DNA of 59,169 nt from Chitinophagaceae bacterium UBA2793 (GTDB lineage: Bacteria; Bacteroidota; Bacteroidia; Chitinophagales; Chitinophagaceae). A program made the translations under genes and the position numbers. Each line of letters opens with the position of its first letter. Position 1 is the stretch's first letter. Shown here one piece after another: positions 1-10,288 of this stretch. Location of the stretch: positions 5,265 through 64,433 of the forward strand of contig DEHT01000016.1 in assembly GCA_002352045.1 (NCBI GenBank). The letters run 5' to 3'. A model generated the notes under the pieces. That model saw nothing but the letters and a program-made list of their open reading frames with translations. It had not been told where the DNA came from and did no database searches.

Positions 1-243
1 GCCAAGCCTGGCATTTACACCGTAATCATTCGTTTTATTGTAGATGCCGATGGAAAATTACAAAGCATTGGCGCCGACTCTAATTGTGGTTATGGAATGG
101 AAGAAGAAGTAATGAGATGTGTAAAATTAAGCGAACCATGGCATCCGGCGGAAACAGCATTAGGTAGAAAAATTAATGCCTCCATAAAAACAATGGTGAT
201 TTTTGAAGTACAAAGCAATAATGTTTTGATAAGGTTTAATTGA
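1..243 (+). CDS. 3' end of a TonB-like energy transducer gene (C-terminal domain; 5' end lies outside the window)
   Basis: Frame 1 is open from nt 1 to a TGA at 241-243. The translation (GIYTVIIRFIVDADGKL...GYGMEEEVMRCVKLSEPWHPA...) has the beta-alpha-beta pattern of TonB C-terminal domains. Confidence 0.5.
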   Translation, partial: AKPGIYTVIIRFIVDADGKLQSIGADSNCGYGMEEEVMRCVKLSEPWHPAETALGRKINASIKTMVIFEVQSNNVLIRFN

Positions 244-276
244 ATTAATATTTAGTAACAACTTTAAATAGTCAAA

Positions 277-298
277 CAGCCCGGCAATAACCGGGCTG
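277..298. terminator. GC-rich hairpin between convergent genes; possible bidirectional terminator
   Basis: CAGCCCGG-caataa-CCGGGCTG is an 8-bp perfect stem. It lies 34 nt after the + strand stop and 24 nt after the - strand stop. Confidence 0.55.
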
Positions 299-321
299 TA
301 TAATATCAAAACAATATTTCT

Positions 322-1020
322 TTACTCACTTTCTACCAATCTAAACCCATTTCCATGAATATTTACAATTTCGAGTTTTGAATCTTCTTTTAAATACTTG
401 CGTAGTTTGGCAATATACACATCCATGCTTCTGCCATTAAAATAAGTATCGCTGCCCCATATTTTTTTCAAAGCAGCTTCCCGAGGCAACAAATCGTTTT
501 TGTATTCTGCCAGCATTTTCAGCAATTCATTTTCTTTGGGAGAAAGGGTTTGAGTTTTGCCGTTAACGGTAAGCTCTCTTAAGCGGGGGTTAAAATGATA
601 AATGCCTAAATCAAACTCGGCATTGGCTTCTTCTTTATGCACTTCTTCGTTTCGCTTAAGGATAGCTTTTATTTTGTGCAACAATACTTCACTATCGAAG
701 GGCTTGGTAATATAATCATCGGCGCCCAACTTGTAACCCTGAATAATATCGTCCTTCATAGTTTTAGCACTAAGGAAAAACAAAGGAACATCGGGGTTAA
801 TATCCCTAATTTCTTCTGCAACGGTAAATCCGTCCATATTGGGCATCATTACATCCAGCAGGCATATATCGAATTTTTCACGCTGAAAAGCTGCAAGGCC
901 AAGGCGGCCATCTCTTTCCAGGGTAACATCATAATCGTTTAATTCAAGATAATTTTTTAATACCATGCCGAGATTCGTATCATCTTCGCACAATAAAATT
1001 TTTGGTTTAGCTGCTTCCAT
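322..1020 (-). CDS. OmpR/PhoB-type response regulator (receiver plus winged-helix DNA-binding domain)
   Basis: Receiver motifs are present (LLCEDD, LLDVMMPNMDG, FLSAK). The C-terminal wHTH reads LSPKENELLKML...DVYIAKLRKYL...GFRL. ATG start. No histidine kinase gene is adjacent. Confidence 0.9.
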   Translation of the reverse strand: MEAAKPKILLCEDDTNLGMVLKNYLELNDYDVTLERDGRLGLAAFQREKFDICLLDVMMPNMDGFTVAEEIRDINPDVPLFFLSAKTMKDDIIQGYKLGADDYITKPFDSEVLLHKIKAILKRNEEVHKEEANAEFDLGIYHFNPRLRELTVNGKTQTLSPKENELLKMLAEYKNDLLPREAALKKIWGSDTYFNGRSMDVYIAKLRKYLKEDSKLEIVNIHGNGFRLVESE

Positions 1021-1190
1021 GTCTTTGTGTTTTTTACAAATAAAATTATAATGTTATTTATAGCACTAATATACTGCCTAATTTTTTGTTAAGGTTAAAT
1101 AATTAAAGATATTGGGTAAAATGATATTCAATTTTGGCATTGAAACAAGAGCAGAGTTCTGAATAAGATATACTTACTACCTGCTACTAA

Positions 1191-2153
1191 TTAATTACTA
1201 CTATCTACTTTCAAAAATCGTTTATCTGTAAGTGTTTTTAAAAAAGCTACCAGGTCGGCATTATCTTCATTGCTGAGTTGCAAGGGTGTCAGCAATAAAG
1301 AATCCATATTAAGAGGATTATCAACAAACATAAAAGGGTTATTGTAATATTGTACTACCTGCTCCAGCGTTTTAAATCGGCCATCATGCATATATGGCCC
1401 TGTTGCAGCTACATTGCGTAATCCGGGCACTTTGAACCGGCCTAAATCTTTTTCATTGCCGGTAATTAAAAATCTTCCTTTGTCGTTTAAACTTTCTCCG
1501 TCGTACAAACCAATATTTCTAAATTCATCGTTGGTAAAGTCTTCCATTCTGTGGCAATCAAAACACTTGGCTTTGTTACCAACAAATAATTGCCGCCCTC
1601 TTTCTTCCTGTGCAGTAAGTGTTGCCTTATCATCAACCCAATAATCAAATTTGCTATCGAAGGTTTCCAATGTTTTTTCAAATGCTGCAAATGCTGCACC
1701 CAGGTTTTTGGCGTTGGGCTTTTGGCCAAAAATTTTTTTGAAAAGCCTGCTATATTCCGGTGATTGATTTAACCTTTTTACAGCTTCGTCAATGGGCAAT
1801 CCCATTTCATCGGGGTTGGCTATAGGAACAAGTGCCTGCTCTTCTAAAGTAGCCGCTCTACCATCCCAAAAAAAATAAGGTCTGTTTTTCATATTAAGTA
1901 CAGATGGAGTATTACGGGTGGTAAGTCGTCCGCCAATACCTTTGCTTAATGCTACTGTATCTGCAAATGCATATTGCGGTATATGACAACTGGCACAACT
2001 AATCCTGAAATCTAATGAGAGCATTTTTTCGGAAAATAGTTTTTCGCCCAATGCTGCTTTTGTTCTAATTTTTTTTTCAGATGGCTGCAAGCTAAATGCT
2101 GCTATTGTTAAGAACAGGACTATTAAACTTATGGCGAAAATTCCTTTTTTCAT
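1191..2153 (-). CDS. Di-haem cytochrome c peroxidase (CCP/MauG family)
   Basis: Two CxxCH haem motifs (CASCH, CFDCH). I chose the internal ATG at 2153 (MKKGIFAISLIVLF... signal peptide) over the track's start at 2222. Confidence 0.85.
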   Translation of the reverse strand: MKKGIFAISLIVLFLTIAAFSLQPSEKKIRTKAALGEKLFSEKMLSLDFRISCASCHIPQYAFADTVALSKGIGGRLTTRNTPSVLNMKNRPYFFWDGRAATLEEQALVPIANPDEMGLPIDEAVKRLNQSPEYSRLFKKIFGQKPNAKNLGAAFAAFEKTLETFDSKFDYWVDDKATLTAQEERGRQLFVGNKAKCFDCHRMEDFTNDEFRNIGLYDGESLNDKGRFLITGNEKDLGRFKVPGLRNVAATGPYMHDGRFKTLEQVVQYYNNPFMFVDNPLNMDSLLLTPLQLSNEDNADLVAFLKTLTDKRFLKVDSSN

Positions 2154-2316
2154 TTTACATACGCAAATTACCCAATTAAAATAGTAGTAAATATAATTAC
2201 AAATTGTTTTTTTTACTTTCATCTTTAAAAAGTTAAGTGGGTAATTCTACGTACAGAAATTGAATTTTATGGTAATTGAATTTATTTTAGATTGTACCTT
2301 TCAAAAAAAATAAAAT

Positions 2317-3861
2317 ATGGCTGATAAAATCAAATTTATAGAAGACATAAAAAACGGATACAGCTTCAAGGGCGAATCGGTAAAAATAGGATGTGGCATG
2401 TTAGATGGAGAAGTGGTAAATGAAGCAGAAATTTTTCTGCCATTAAAAACCATGAACCGACATGGCCTTATTGCTGGGGCCACCGGTACAGGTAAAACAA
2501 AAACTCTGCAAACCATTAGTGAGTTTTTAAGCGATGCAAGCGTTCCGGTATTGCTAATGGATATAAAAGGCGATTTGAGCGGAATTGCACAGCCGGGTAT
2601 TGTAAATGATAAATTAACTGACCGATATCAAAAGCTCAACCTACAATATACCCCTGTTTCATTTCCGGTAGAATTGATGTCGCTTACGGGCAACGATGGG
2701 GTTCGTTTAAAAGCAACCGTTAGTGAATTTGGGCCGGTGTTATTAAATAAAATTTTAGGATTAAACGATACTCAAGGGGGAATTGTTTCGCTCATTTTTA
2801 AGTATTGCGACGACAACAAACTACCCTTGCTGGATCTTAAAGATTTTATAAAAGTATTACAGTATATCAGCAATGAGGGAAAAGCTGAAATTGAAAAAGA
2901 CTATGGTAAAATTTCAACCAGCAGCACCGGCACTATATTAAGAAAAGTAATTGAACTGCAACAGCAGGGTGCCGATATTTTTTTCGGCGAAAGAAGTTTT
3001 GAAGTAACCGACCTAATGCGAATAAGTGATGATGGCCGTGGAATGATTAATGTACTTCGTGTAACCGATATGCAAGACAGGCCAAAATTATTTTCCACTT
3101 TTATGTTACAATTACTGGCCGAACTATATGCTAGCTCGCCGGAAGAAGGCGATTTAGATAAACCAAAACTGGTAATGTTTATTGATGAAGCTCACCTGGT
3201 GTTTCAGGAGGCAAGCAATGATTTGCTGGAGCAAATAGAAACTATTATTAAGTTAATACGGTCCAAAGGGATTGGTATATTCTTTTGTACCCAAAATCCA
3301 ATGGATGTACCGGCATCGGTACTGGGTCAGTTAGGATTAAAAATACAACATGCCTTAAGAGCGTTTACAGCAGCAGATAGGAAAGTAATTAAGCAAACTG
3401 CAGAAAATTACCCCGAAACAAATTATTACAAAACGGAAGATATAATTACCCAACTAGGAATTGGAGAAGCTCTTGTAACCATGCTCAATGAAAAAGGAAT
3501 TCCAACACCCCTTGCCCAGGTAATGCTTTGTTCGCCCCGTAGTCGAATGGATGTATTAAGTGCCGGTGAAGTTGTGGATCTTTTAGGCAAAAGTAAACTG
3601 GTGGCTAAATATAATGTATCGGTAGATAATGAGAGTGCTTATGAAATATTAACCGCTAAGCTGGAGGAGGCAGCCCAAAAAGCCGAAGAGCAACAAAGCA
3701 GCAAAAAAACGAAGGAAGAACCCAGTACATTTGAAAAAATCACAGGAAACACTGTAGTTAAAAGCATGGCACGAACAGCCGGGAACCAAATTGTACGATC
3801 ACTTTTGGGGGCTTTGGGTTTGGGAGGAAGATCTACAAAAAAGAAATCGAGCTGGTTTTAA
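2317..3861 (+). CDS. HerA-like / DUF853 (YjgR-type) P-loop ATPase
   Basis: Walker A is GATGTGKTKT and Walker B is LVMFIDEAH. The ~500 aa length and basic C-terminal tail are typical of the YjgR family. Confidence 0.8.
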   Translation: MADKIKFIEDIKNGYSFKGESVKIGCGMLDGEVVNEAEIFLPLKTMNRHGLIAGATGTGKTKTLQTISEFLSDASVPVLLMDIKGDLSGIAQPGIVNDKLTDRYQKLNLQYTPVSFPVELMSLTGNDGVRLKATVSEFGPVLLNKILGLNDTQGGIVSLIFKYCDDNKLPLLDLKDFIKVLQYISNEGKAEIEKDYGKISTSSTGTILRKVIELQQQGADIFFGERSFEVTDLMRISDDGRGMINVLRVTDMQDRPKLFSTFMLQLLAELYASSPEEGDLDKPKLVMFIDEAHLVFQEASNDLLEQIETIIKLIRSKGIGIFFCTQNPMDVPASVLGQLGLKIQHALRAFTAADRKVIKQTAENYPETNYYKTEDIITQLGIGEALVTMLNEKGIPTPLAQVMLCSPRSRMDVLSAGEVVDLLGKSKLVAKYNVSVDNESAYEILTAKLEEAAQKAEEQQSSKKTKEEPSTFEKITGNTVVKSMARTAGNQIVRSLLGALGLGGRSTKKKSSWF

Positions 3862-4137
3862 TGTAAAAATATTGATAAAGTTATTCACATTTATTGGAAG
3901 CCAAGTGTATCTTTTACATATTATATACTGTATTAAATATCAATAATTTATATAATTTTGCCATAATTTGTTAGATTATTTTCTAATAGCCTTGTAGTAC
4001 ATGCACTACAAATATTTCGAAAAAAGTTTGGTTTATATTATTAGCCCTATTATCTTTACAGCGGTTTTTCATAGGATATTGGATTTTAAAGCGGGACTAG
4101 ATTTCTATCTTGGTCCCTTTTTTATTTTTATACATAT

Positions 4138-6111
4138 CTATCTGGTTCTCTGCATGCTACTTTTTGCACTTTTTATTATTCCCGATGCGGAATATTGCAA
4201 TTTATCCTCGGCCAACAAAAAATTTATCACCTCCCAGCATTGTTCCTCGGAAACGGGATGTAGTTTTCTTATTAATTCATTGGCATTTAGCTCCTCTTTT
4301 GATACCAACAATGCAATTTGTTTTTCAATAGCCGTAAAATCGCCTGACGCCAGCATTTTATAATGTTTATTGATACAGTTGTCGCAAACTGCACAATCTT
4401 TAATTTCAGGAGAAGCAAAATAATTGCCCAAAAATGCTTCTCTGCAATCTGTTGTATTTACATAAGAAGTCAAAGCAGTTATTCTTTTATTGTATTGATT
4501 TCGTCTTTCCTTTACCGTAGTAGTATCCATTTTAAAATCGTCGGAATACATTCTGTTTTTTTGGAGGTACACCTGTGGTTTACCTGATGGCTGATGATAC
4601 CGTATAATTCCATAGCGATGTAGCTCTTCGAGGGAATATACCAGCGATTCTCTTTCCATTTTTATTAAACCTGCAAGGCGCTGTTCGTAAATAGTAACCG
4701 GAAAATCGAAAATTCCTTCATAGCTGCGTAGCAAAGCCTTCACAACAGGCTCCAATGAAGGATACATTAGTTCAAACTCCAATAAATTTTTTTTGTTAGT
4801 AGTAAATACAACAGTTGAGTAGCTAAAAACTGTTTCGTTGTATGTGAGAATATCTTCCTTTGCCAATGCCTGGATTCCAAAACTAACTTTTAAAATATCT
4901 AATTTAAAATAAGATGCAAATAAAGTAATATCAAAGTCAAAGCTCAAACCTTCGCCTGTGCCTGCAGCCACTTGTAAGTGATTCATTAAGGCAGTATAAA
5001 TTTTTTTTATTTCTTCGGGCATAGGATACCGTATATCTGCCTGCTGTACCAAAGCAGTAATTTCTTCATTTTGATATAGCAAAATAGCATAAGCTTTTTT
5101 TCCATCTCTGCCTGCACGTCCGGCTTCCTGGTAATAATTTTCCAGGCAGTCGGGAAGGTTATAATGGATTACGGTACGAACATCGGGTTTATCTATACCC
5201 ATACCAAAAGCATTGGTACATACCATAACCCTCGTACTATTAATTAGCCAATCATTTTGACGCTGTGTTCTTTCTTCGTTGGATAATCCTGCATGATAAA
5301 AGGATGCATTAATACCATATTGCTGCAGCAAACCAGCTACCTGTTGCGTAAGTTTTCTGCTACGACAATATATAATGGATGTGCCGGGTACATTATCCAA
5401 CACTTGTTTTACTTTAACCTCTTTTGATTCGGGAGAGAAAACACTATACGACAAATTTGGCCTGGCAAATGCCTGGCTAAACTTTACTGCATTATCCGGA
5501 AACAATAATTTATCGCATATATCTTTTTGCACTTCGGGTGTAGCCGACGCCGTTAGTGCTATCACCGGCACACCCGGCAGTTCAGTTCGTAAATTGGCAA
5601 TTCTTAAATAGGGTGGTCTAAAATCGTACCCCCATTGAGAAATACAATGTGCCTCATCTACGGCAATGAGACAGGGCTTTATTGCCGGCAAATATTCCAG
5701 GAAAAGAGCTGTTTCCAATCGTTCGGGAGAAACATATAGAAATTTGAAATTACCATAAGCCGCATTCTGAAGTGTTTTTTTAACTTCAAAAAATGGCATC
5801 CCACTGTAAATAGCAAGGGCAGGAATTCCTCGTTTGTTTAAATTTTCTACCTGGTCTTTTATTAAAGCTATTAGCGGGCTTACCACTAAGCAAATACCCT
5901 CCATGGCCAACACCGGTACCTGAAAGCAAATGGATTTACCTCCACCTGTTGGTAGCAATGCCAGCACATCTTTTTTTCCCAATACAGTTTCAATTATTTC
6001 CTTCTGTACTGGTCGAAAGGAGGTGTAGCCCCAATATTTCTTTAATATTTCGCCTGGTTCACGGAGCATTTCATTCAATAATAAATGGTTCTTTACAATG
6101 TTTTTTTTCAA
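4138..6111 (-). CDS. RecQ-family ATP-dependent DNA helicase
   Basis: Motifs seen: LLPTGGGKS, DEAHCISQWGYDFRP, a QEAGRAGRDG arginine finger, and the Zn motif CAVCDNC. The track start at 6111 is TTG; an in-frame ATG at 6069 is an alternative. Confidence 0.9.
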   Translation of the reverse strand: MKKNIVKNHLLLNEMLREPGEILKKYWGYTSFRPVQKEIIETVLGKKDVLALLPTGGGKSICFQVPVLAMEGICLVVSPLIALIKDQVENLNKRGIPALAIYSGMPFFEVKKTLQNAAYGNFKFLYVSPERLETALFLEYLPAIKPCLIAVDEAHCISQWGYDFRPPYLRIANLRTELPGVPVIALTASATPEVQKDICDKLLFPDNAVKFSQAFARPNLSYSVFSPESKEVKVKQVLDNVPGTSIIYCRSRKLTQQVAGLLQQYGINASFYHAGLSNEERTQRQNDWLINSTRVMVCTNAFGMGIDKPDVRTVIHYNLPDCLENYYQEAGRAGRDGKKAYAILLYQNEEITALVQQADIRYPMPEEIKKIYTALMNHLQVAAGTGEGLSFDFDITLFASYFKLDILKVSFGIQALAKEDILTYNETVFSYSTVVFTTNKKNLLEFELMYPSLEPVVKALLRSYEGIFDFPVTIYEQRLAGLIKMERESLVYSLEELHRYGIIRYHQPSGKPQVYLQKNRMYSDDFKMDTTTVKERRNQYNKRITALTSYVNTTDCREAFLGNYFASPEIKDCAVCDNCINKHYKMLASGDFTAIEKQIALLVSKEELNANELIRKLHPVSEEQCWEVINFLLAEDKLQYSASGIIKSAKSSMQRTR

Positions 6112-6175
6112 TAACTAAATTGACAAAAAATTGTTTTTGGGTACTATTGATGAATGCCCAATAAACCTTTCTAAA

Positions 6176-8332
6176 TTAATAAACCTTTTTCACAAACAAT
6201 CTTACAGAATTTGCTGCTAAAACAATATCGCTAAATCCCATAGCAAGGGCTGCAACAGTAGGTGTTAAAAAACCAAAAGCAGCAATTGGTATTGCCACAA
6301 TATTATAGGCAAATGCCCAAAACAAATTTTCTTTAATAGTAATATTGGTATGCTTTCCCAAGCCCAATGCATAGGGTAGATTTTTTAACCCATGGTTCAT
6401 TAAAATAACATCACTGCTTTGCATAGCAATTTGCGAAGCGTCGCTTACCGAAATACCTAAAGTGGCTTTTGCCAATGCAGGTGCATCATTAATTCCATCA
6501 CCCACCATAGCCGTTGGTTTTTGCGTTTTGAGTTCAGCAATTTTTTCCAACTTTTGCTGAGGGGTTTGTTCTGCAATTACTTCGTCTATTCCTAATTGTA
6601 ATGCCAGGGCATCGCATTTTTCTTTCCTATCGCCACTTAACAAAATAGTTTTAATATTTTTTTGATGAAGCCATGCTAATACCTCCTTTGCTTCAGGTCT
6701 TATTTCATCTGCCACATCAACCCAGCCAATTACATCATTGTTTTTTGTGATAAAAATATTGTGGTTGTTATCCTTGTAATTGTTGGGTAATATTTTATAA
6801 GAACCGGCCATGTATTGGTTGCCCGCTTCATCCGTTGCCTGTATGCCTAATCCTTTTGTTTCTTCAATACTTTTCCAGCGTACTACTTCTGTTCCCTTCC
6901 AGTGCAATGCAATTGATTTTCCCAAAGGATGGTTAGAGAATTTTTCCAGCGAATACACTATTTTTTTGAACTCACTTTCATCAATATTACTTTCAAATGC
7001 CGCAATTACAAATTTTCCGGTAGTGAGCGTTCCTGTTTTATCGAATACAATTTGCTGGATAGTTTTGAACGCTTCCAATGCCGAAGCATTGTGAAACAGT
7101 ATTCCGTTTTTTGCAGCCCTTCCTAATCCAACTGCTATTGCTGCAGGCGTTGCAAGCCCCATTGCACAAGGGCAGGATATTACTAAAACTGCAATGGCTC
7201 GCATGAGCGATACGCCGACCGTTTTATCGGCCATAAAATAATTTAGCAAAAAAGTAATTACTGCTATTCCAATTATCAGCGGTACAAACACGGCACTTAT
7301 TCTATCGGCCAGTTTTTGTAATGGCGGTTTTTCGCCCTGTGCATCTTCCACCATTTTTAATATACCCGAAAGAACCGTTTTATTTCCGGTGGCTGTTACC
7401 TGTGCTTTTACCAGTCCGCTTTCTAACACACTCCCGCCTATTAAAAAATCGTTTTTTGATTTGTTTACCGGAATACTTTCCCCTGTAATGATGGCTTCAT
7501 TCAGCATGGCATCGCCCCATAATATTTTAGCGTCTATTGGTACCTGTTCGCCATTCTTTATCAAAATAAGATCGCCTTCTTTTAAAGCTGTATTTTCTAC
7601 AGGGAAAATATGTTCCTGGTGTTTATCATCAAAAGCAATCATATTGGCCATTACCTTTTGCGATTTGGCAAGAGACTTTACTGCTTTTTGAGTTGCACTA
7701 ATAGAAGCTTCTTCTAAGTAATTTCCCAACAATACCAAAGTGATAATGGATGCAGTAGTTTCAAAAAATAAATAGTTGTGCCCCCATCCTTTAATAGCAC
7801 CTATTAAACTATACGCAAAAGAGGTGATGGCTCCCAGTGTAACCAGCACATTCATATTGGGCATACCATTAATTACACTTTTCCATGCACTGCGACCAAA
7901 GTACCACAGGCCAACTAAAAACACCGGCATACAAAGTGCCAATTGTGTCCAGGGATTCATCAACCAATGAATATGCACCCAATTATCAATCATGTGCAGC
8001 ATTAATACCAGTGTAAAGGGAAGGCAAAATAAAAACCGCTTTTTGTTGGTATCTAAAAAAGAACCATCGCTTCCGTGTGTATGGCCATGATGTTCGTGAC
8101 CGGCTGCTGCATGAGATCCCTGCACTTGCTTATCTACCACTTTGTATCCAAGACTGCCGATCCCTTTTTTAATGTCATTTAATTCTTTATGGGCTGTATT
8201 GGTAAAGCTTACTGCACCACTTATTGGATTCACCTTTATGTTTTCTGCGCCTTCTTTTTGTAAATATTTATTTACCGACAGTGCACAATTACTACAGGTC
8301 ATTCCTTCTACATTCCAATCTATCTTTTCCAT
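6176..8332 (-). CDS. copA: Copper-translocating P1B-type ATPase
   Basis: N-terminal HMA motif GMTCSNCA, a His-rich linker (GHEHHGHTHG), transmembrane CPC, DKTGTLT and GDGINDAP. I preferred the ATG at 8332 (MEKIDWNVEG...) over the upstream ATG at 8380. Confidence 0.9.
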   Translation of the reverse strand: MEKIDWNVEGMTCSNCALSVNKYLQKEGAENIKVNPISGAVSFTNTAHKELNDIKKGIGSLGYKVVDKQVQGSHAAAGHEHHGHTHGSDGSFLDTNKKRFLFCLPFTLVLMLHMIDNWVHIHWLMNPWTQLALCMPVFLVGLWYFGRSAWKSVINGMPNMNVLVTLGAITSFAYSLIGAIKGWGHNYLFFETTASIITLVLLGNYLEEASISATQKAVKSLAKSQKVMANMIAFDDKHQEHIFPVENTALKEGDLILIKNGEQVPIDAKILWGDAMLNEAIITGESIPVNKSKNDFLIGGSVLESGLVKAQVTATGNKTVLSGILKMVEDAQGEKPPLQKLADRISAVFVPLIIGIAVITFLLNYFMADKTVGVSLMRAIAVLVISCPCAMGLATPAAIAVGLGRAAKNGILFHNASALEAFKTIQQIVFDKTGTLTTGKFVIAAFESNIDESEFKKIVYSLEKFSNHPLGKSIALHWKGTEVVRWKSIEETKGLGIQATDEAGNQYMAGSYKILPNNYKDNNHNIFITKNNDVIGWVDVADEIRPEAKEVLAWLHQKNIKTILLSGDRKEKCDALALQLGIDEVIAEQTPQQKLEKIAELKTQKPTAMVGDGINDAPALAKATLGISVSDASQIAMQSSDVILMNHGLKNLPYALGLGKHTNITIKENLFWAFAYNIVAIPIAAFGFLTPTVAALAMGFSDIVLAANSVRLFVKKVY

Positions 8333-8466
8333 ATTATTCGAACGCTGATTTTTATGATTAACATGATTTACGCAGATCATAAAGAGACATTACTCTCATA
8401 ATCATCTGCGTTCAACAGTACAAAATTATCCAATGAATTTGCCATCCATTTACTAATTCTGAAATT

Positions 8467-8474
8467 TATCTTTG
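8467..8474 (+). promoter_or_regulatory. Candidate Bacteroidota -7 promoter box (TAnnTTTG)
   Basis: TATCTTTG lies 4 nt upstream of the tsaE ATG. This is a motif match only and would imply a near-leaderless mRNA. Confidence 0.25.
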
Positions 8475-8478
8475 CATC

Positions 8479-8892
8479 ATGGATTCATTTTTTAAGTTGG
8501 ATGAAATAGAAAAAACTGCCAAGGCTTTTTTGCATCAAACCGATGGCAGAAAGGTATTTGCTTTTGATGGTGACATGGGCGCAGGAAAAACAACTTTTAT
8601 TACAACAATATGTAAAGTGCTTGGCGTACAGGAAGTAACCGGCAGCCCCACTTTTTCTATTATCAATCAATACAAAACGGTTAAAGGCGATGCTATTTAC
8701 CACATGGACCTTTATCGTATTAAAGATGAAGAAGAAGCCCTGCAGGCGGGTGTGGAAGATTGCCTGTACAGCGGTGATTATTGTTTTGTAGAATGGCCAG
8801 ATAAGGCACCTGCACTGTTTCCGCCCGATACCGTGTATTGTTTTTTATCCCTTGCAGGAGATAATGTACGAAAGCTTCAAATAAAATTGTAA
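8479..8892 (+). CDS. tsaE: tRNA t6A37 biosynthesis ATPase TsaE
   Basis: 137 aa with the P-loop GDMGAGKTTF and the family-typical SPTFSI and HMDLYR segments. Confidence 0.85.
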   Translation: MDSFFKLDEIEKTAKAFLHQTDGRKVFAFDGDMGAGKTTFITTICKVLGVQEVTGSPTFSIINQYKTVKGDAIYHMDLYRIKDEEEALQAGVEDCLYSGDYCFVEWPDKAPALFPPDTVYCFLSLAGDNVRKLQIKL

Positions 8893-8999
8893 TTTGAACA
8901 CCGATTTTACTGATTGAGCTGACTATACAGATTTAGCAAACCATTTTGCAAGATCCCTGTAAATGAACCCAGCTATCATGCTTCATTTTATGTATTATT

Positions 9000-10214
9000 A
9001 TGGCAATAACCAAACCATTTGTAGCTGCCTCGCTGGCTTACGAAACACTGGAAGAAACACTTGACATTAAGCCAAAGTCGGAATCATTATCTATTGGCAT
9101 TCCCAAAGAAACTTCGTTTAATGAAAATCGTATTGCACTTACTCCCGAAGCTGTAGGCGTAATTGTGGCTAATGGCCACCAGGTACAAGTGGAAAGCAAG
9201 GCAGGTGAAGGCTCGCATTTTTCGGATAAGGATTACAGTGAGGCAGGAGCTAAAATTTTGTATGATAAAAAGCAGGTTTTTGAAAGTGAGATTATTGTAA
9301 AGAGTGCCCCGGTTAGCGAGGACGATTGTGAATATTTAAGACCCAATCAAACCATTATTTCCCCCATAAACCTTGCAGTAATGAAGCGGGAGATTTTGGA
9401 GAAAATGATGAAGAAAAAAATTACTGCACTTAGCTTCGAAAACCTGAAAGATGCCAGTGGCCACAACCCCATTGTACGCAGCATGAGTGAAATTGCAGGC
9501 AGTGCAGTAATGCTTATTGCTGGCCAATACTTAAGCAGTGCCAATAGCGGCAAAGGTGTGTTAGTAGGCGGCATTAGCGGAATTCCGCCAACAAAAGTTA
9601 TTATTATTGGGGCAGGAATTGTAGGTGAATATGCAGCAAGAACCGCATTGGCCATGGGCGCCAGTGTAAAGGTTTTTGATAATAGTATTTACCGGCTTAA
9701 ACGAATGCAAAATAATATTGGAGTACGCATGTGGACTTCAGTATTGGAGCCAAAAATTTTGGGCAAGCAACTAAAAACCTGCGATGTTGCTGTAGGAGCT
9801 TTGAGTGGATCGGGTGGGCGCACACCCATTGTAGTTACAGATGAAATGGTGAGTGCCATGAGACCGGGATCGGTAATTGTAGATGTTAGCATTGACCATG
9901 GTGGATGTTTTGAAACCAGCCTGGTAACTACACAGGAAAAACCTACTTTTAAAAAGTACGATGTTATTCATTATTGTGTTCCCAATATTCCCAGTGGATT
10001 TGCACGAACAGCCAGCCAGGCCATTAGCAATGTATTAATGCCATTAATGCTTGAAACGGCAGAAGATGGTGGTATTGATAAAACTATTTGGCATAAAATA
10101 AATATCCGTTCGGGCATTTATATGTTTAAAGGCAGCCTTACTAATTTTTATTTAAGCGAAAGATTCGATTTAAAATTTACCGACCTCAATTTATTGATTG
10201 CAAGCAGGCGATAA
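9000..10214 (+). CDS. ald: Alanine dehydrogenase / PNT-alpha family NAD-binding protein
   Basis: Rossmann motif IIIGAGIVGEYAA and the N- and C-domain layout of AlaDH/PNT proteins. The substrate was not established. Confidence 0.7.
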   Translation: MAITKPFVAASLAYETLEETLDIKPKSESLSIGIPKETSFNENRIALTPEAVGVIVANGHQVQVESKAGEGSHFSDKDYSEAGAKILYDKKQVFESEIIVKSAPVSEDDCEYLRPNQTIISPINLAVMKREILEKMMKKKITALSFENLKDASGHNPIVRSMSEIAGSAVMLIAGQYLSSANSGKGVLVGGISGIPPTKVIIIGAGIVGEYAARTALAMGASVKVFDNSIYRLKRMQNNIGVRMWTSVLEPKILGKQLKTCDVAVGALSGSGGRTPIVVTDEMVSAMRPGSVIVDVSIDHGGCFETSLVTTQEKPTFKKYDVIHYCVPNIPSGFARTASQAISNVLMPLMLETAEDGGIDKTIWHKINIRSGIYMFKGSLTNFYLSERFDLKFTDLNLLIASRR

Positions 10215-10230
10215 TTTTTTTTTTGACAAT

Positions 10231-10264
10231 AAAAAAAGCAGGAGCTACTTTTAATAACTCCTGC
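10231..10264 (-). terminator. Intrinsic terminator of the RND efflux operon
   Basis: The stem is GCAGGAG...CTCCTGC (10238-10244 / 10258-10264). On the - strand it is followed by a 7-T run (the + strand A-run at 10231-10237). It lies 25 nt after the permease stop. Confidence 0.6.
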
Positions 10265-10288
10265 CATAGCCCTCAACACTCCCTCCTG

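Noticed and set aside
2317-6111. HerA-like ATPase next to a RecQ-family helicase as a possible defence pair
   Set aside because: The two genes are convergent and therefore separate transcription units. The ATPase matches the widespread YjgR/DUF853 type with no SIR2, nuclease or DUF4297 partner. The flanks are core genes.
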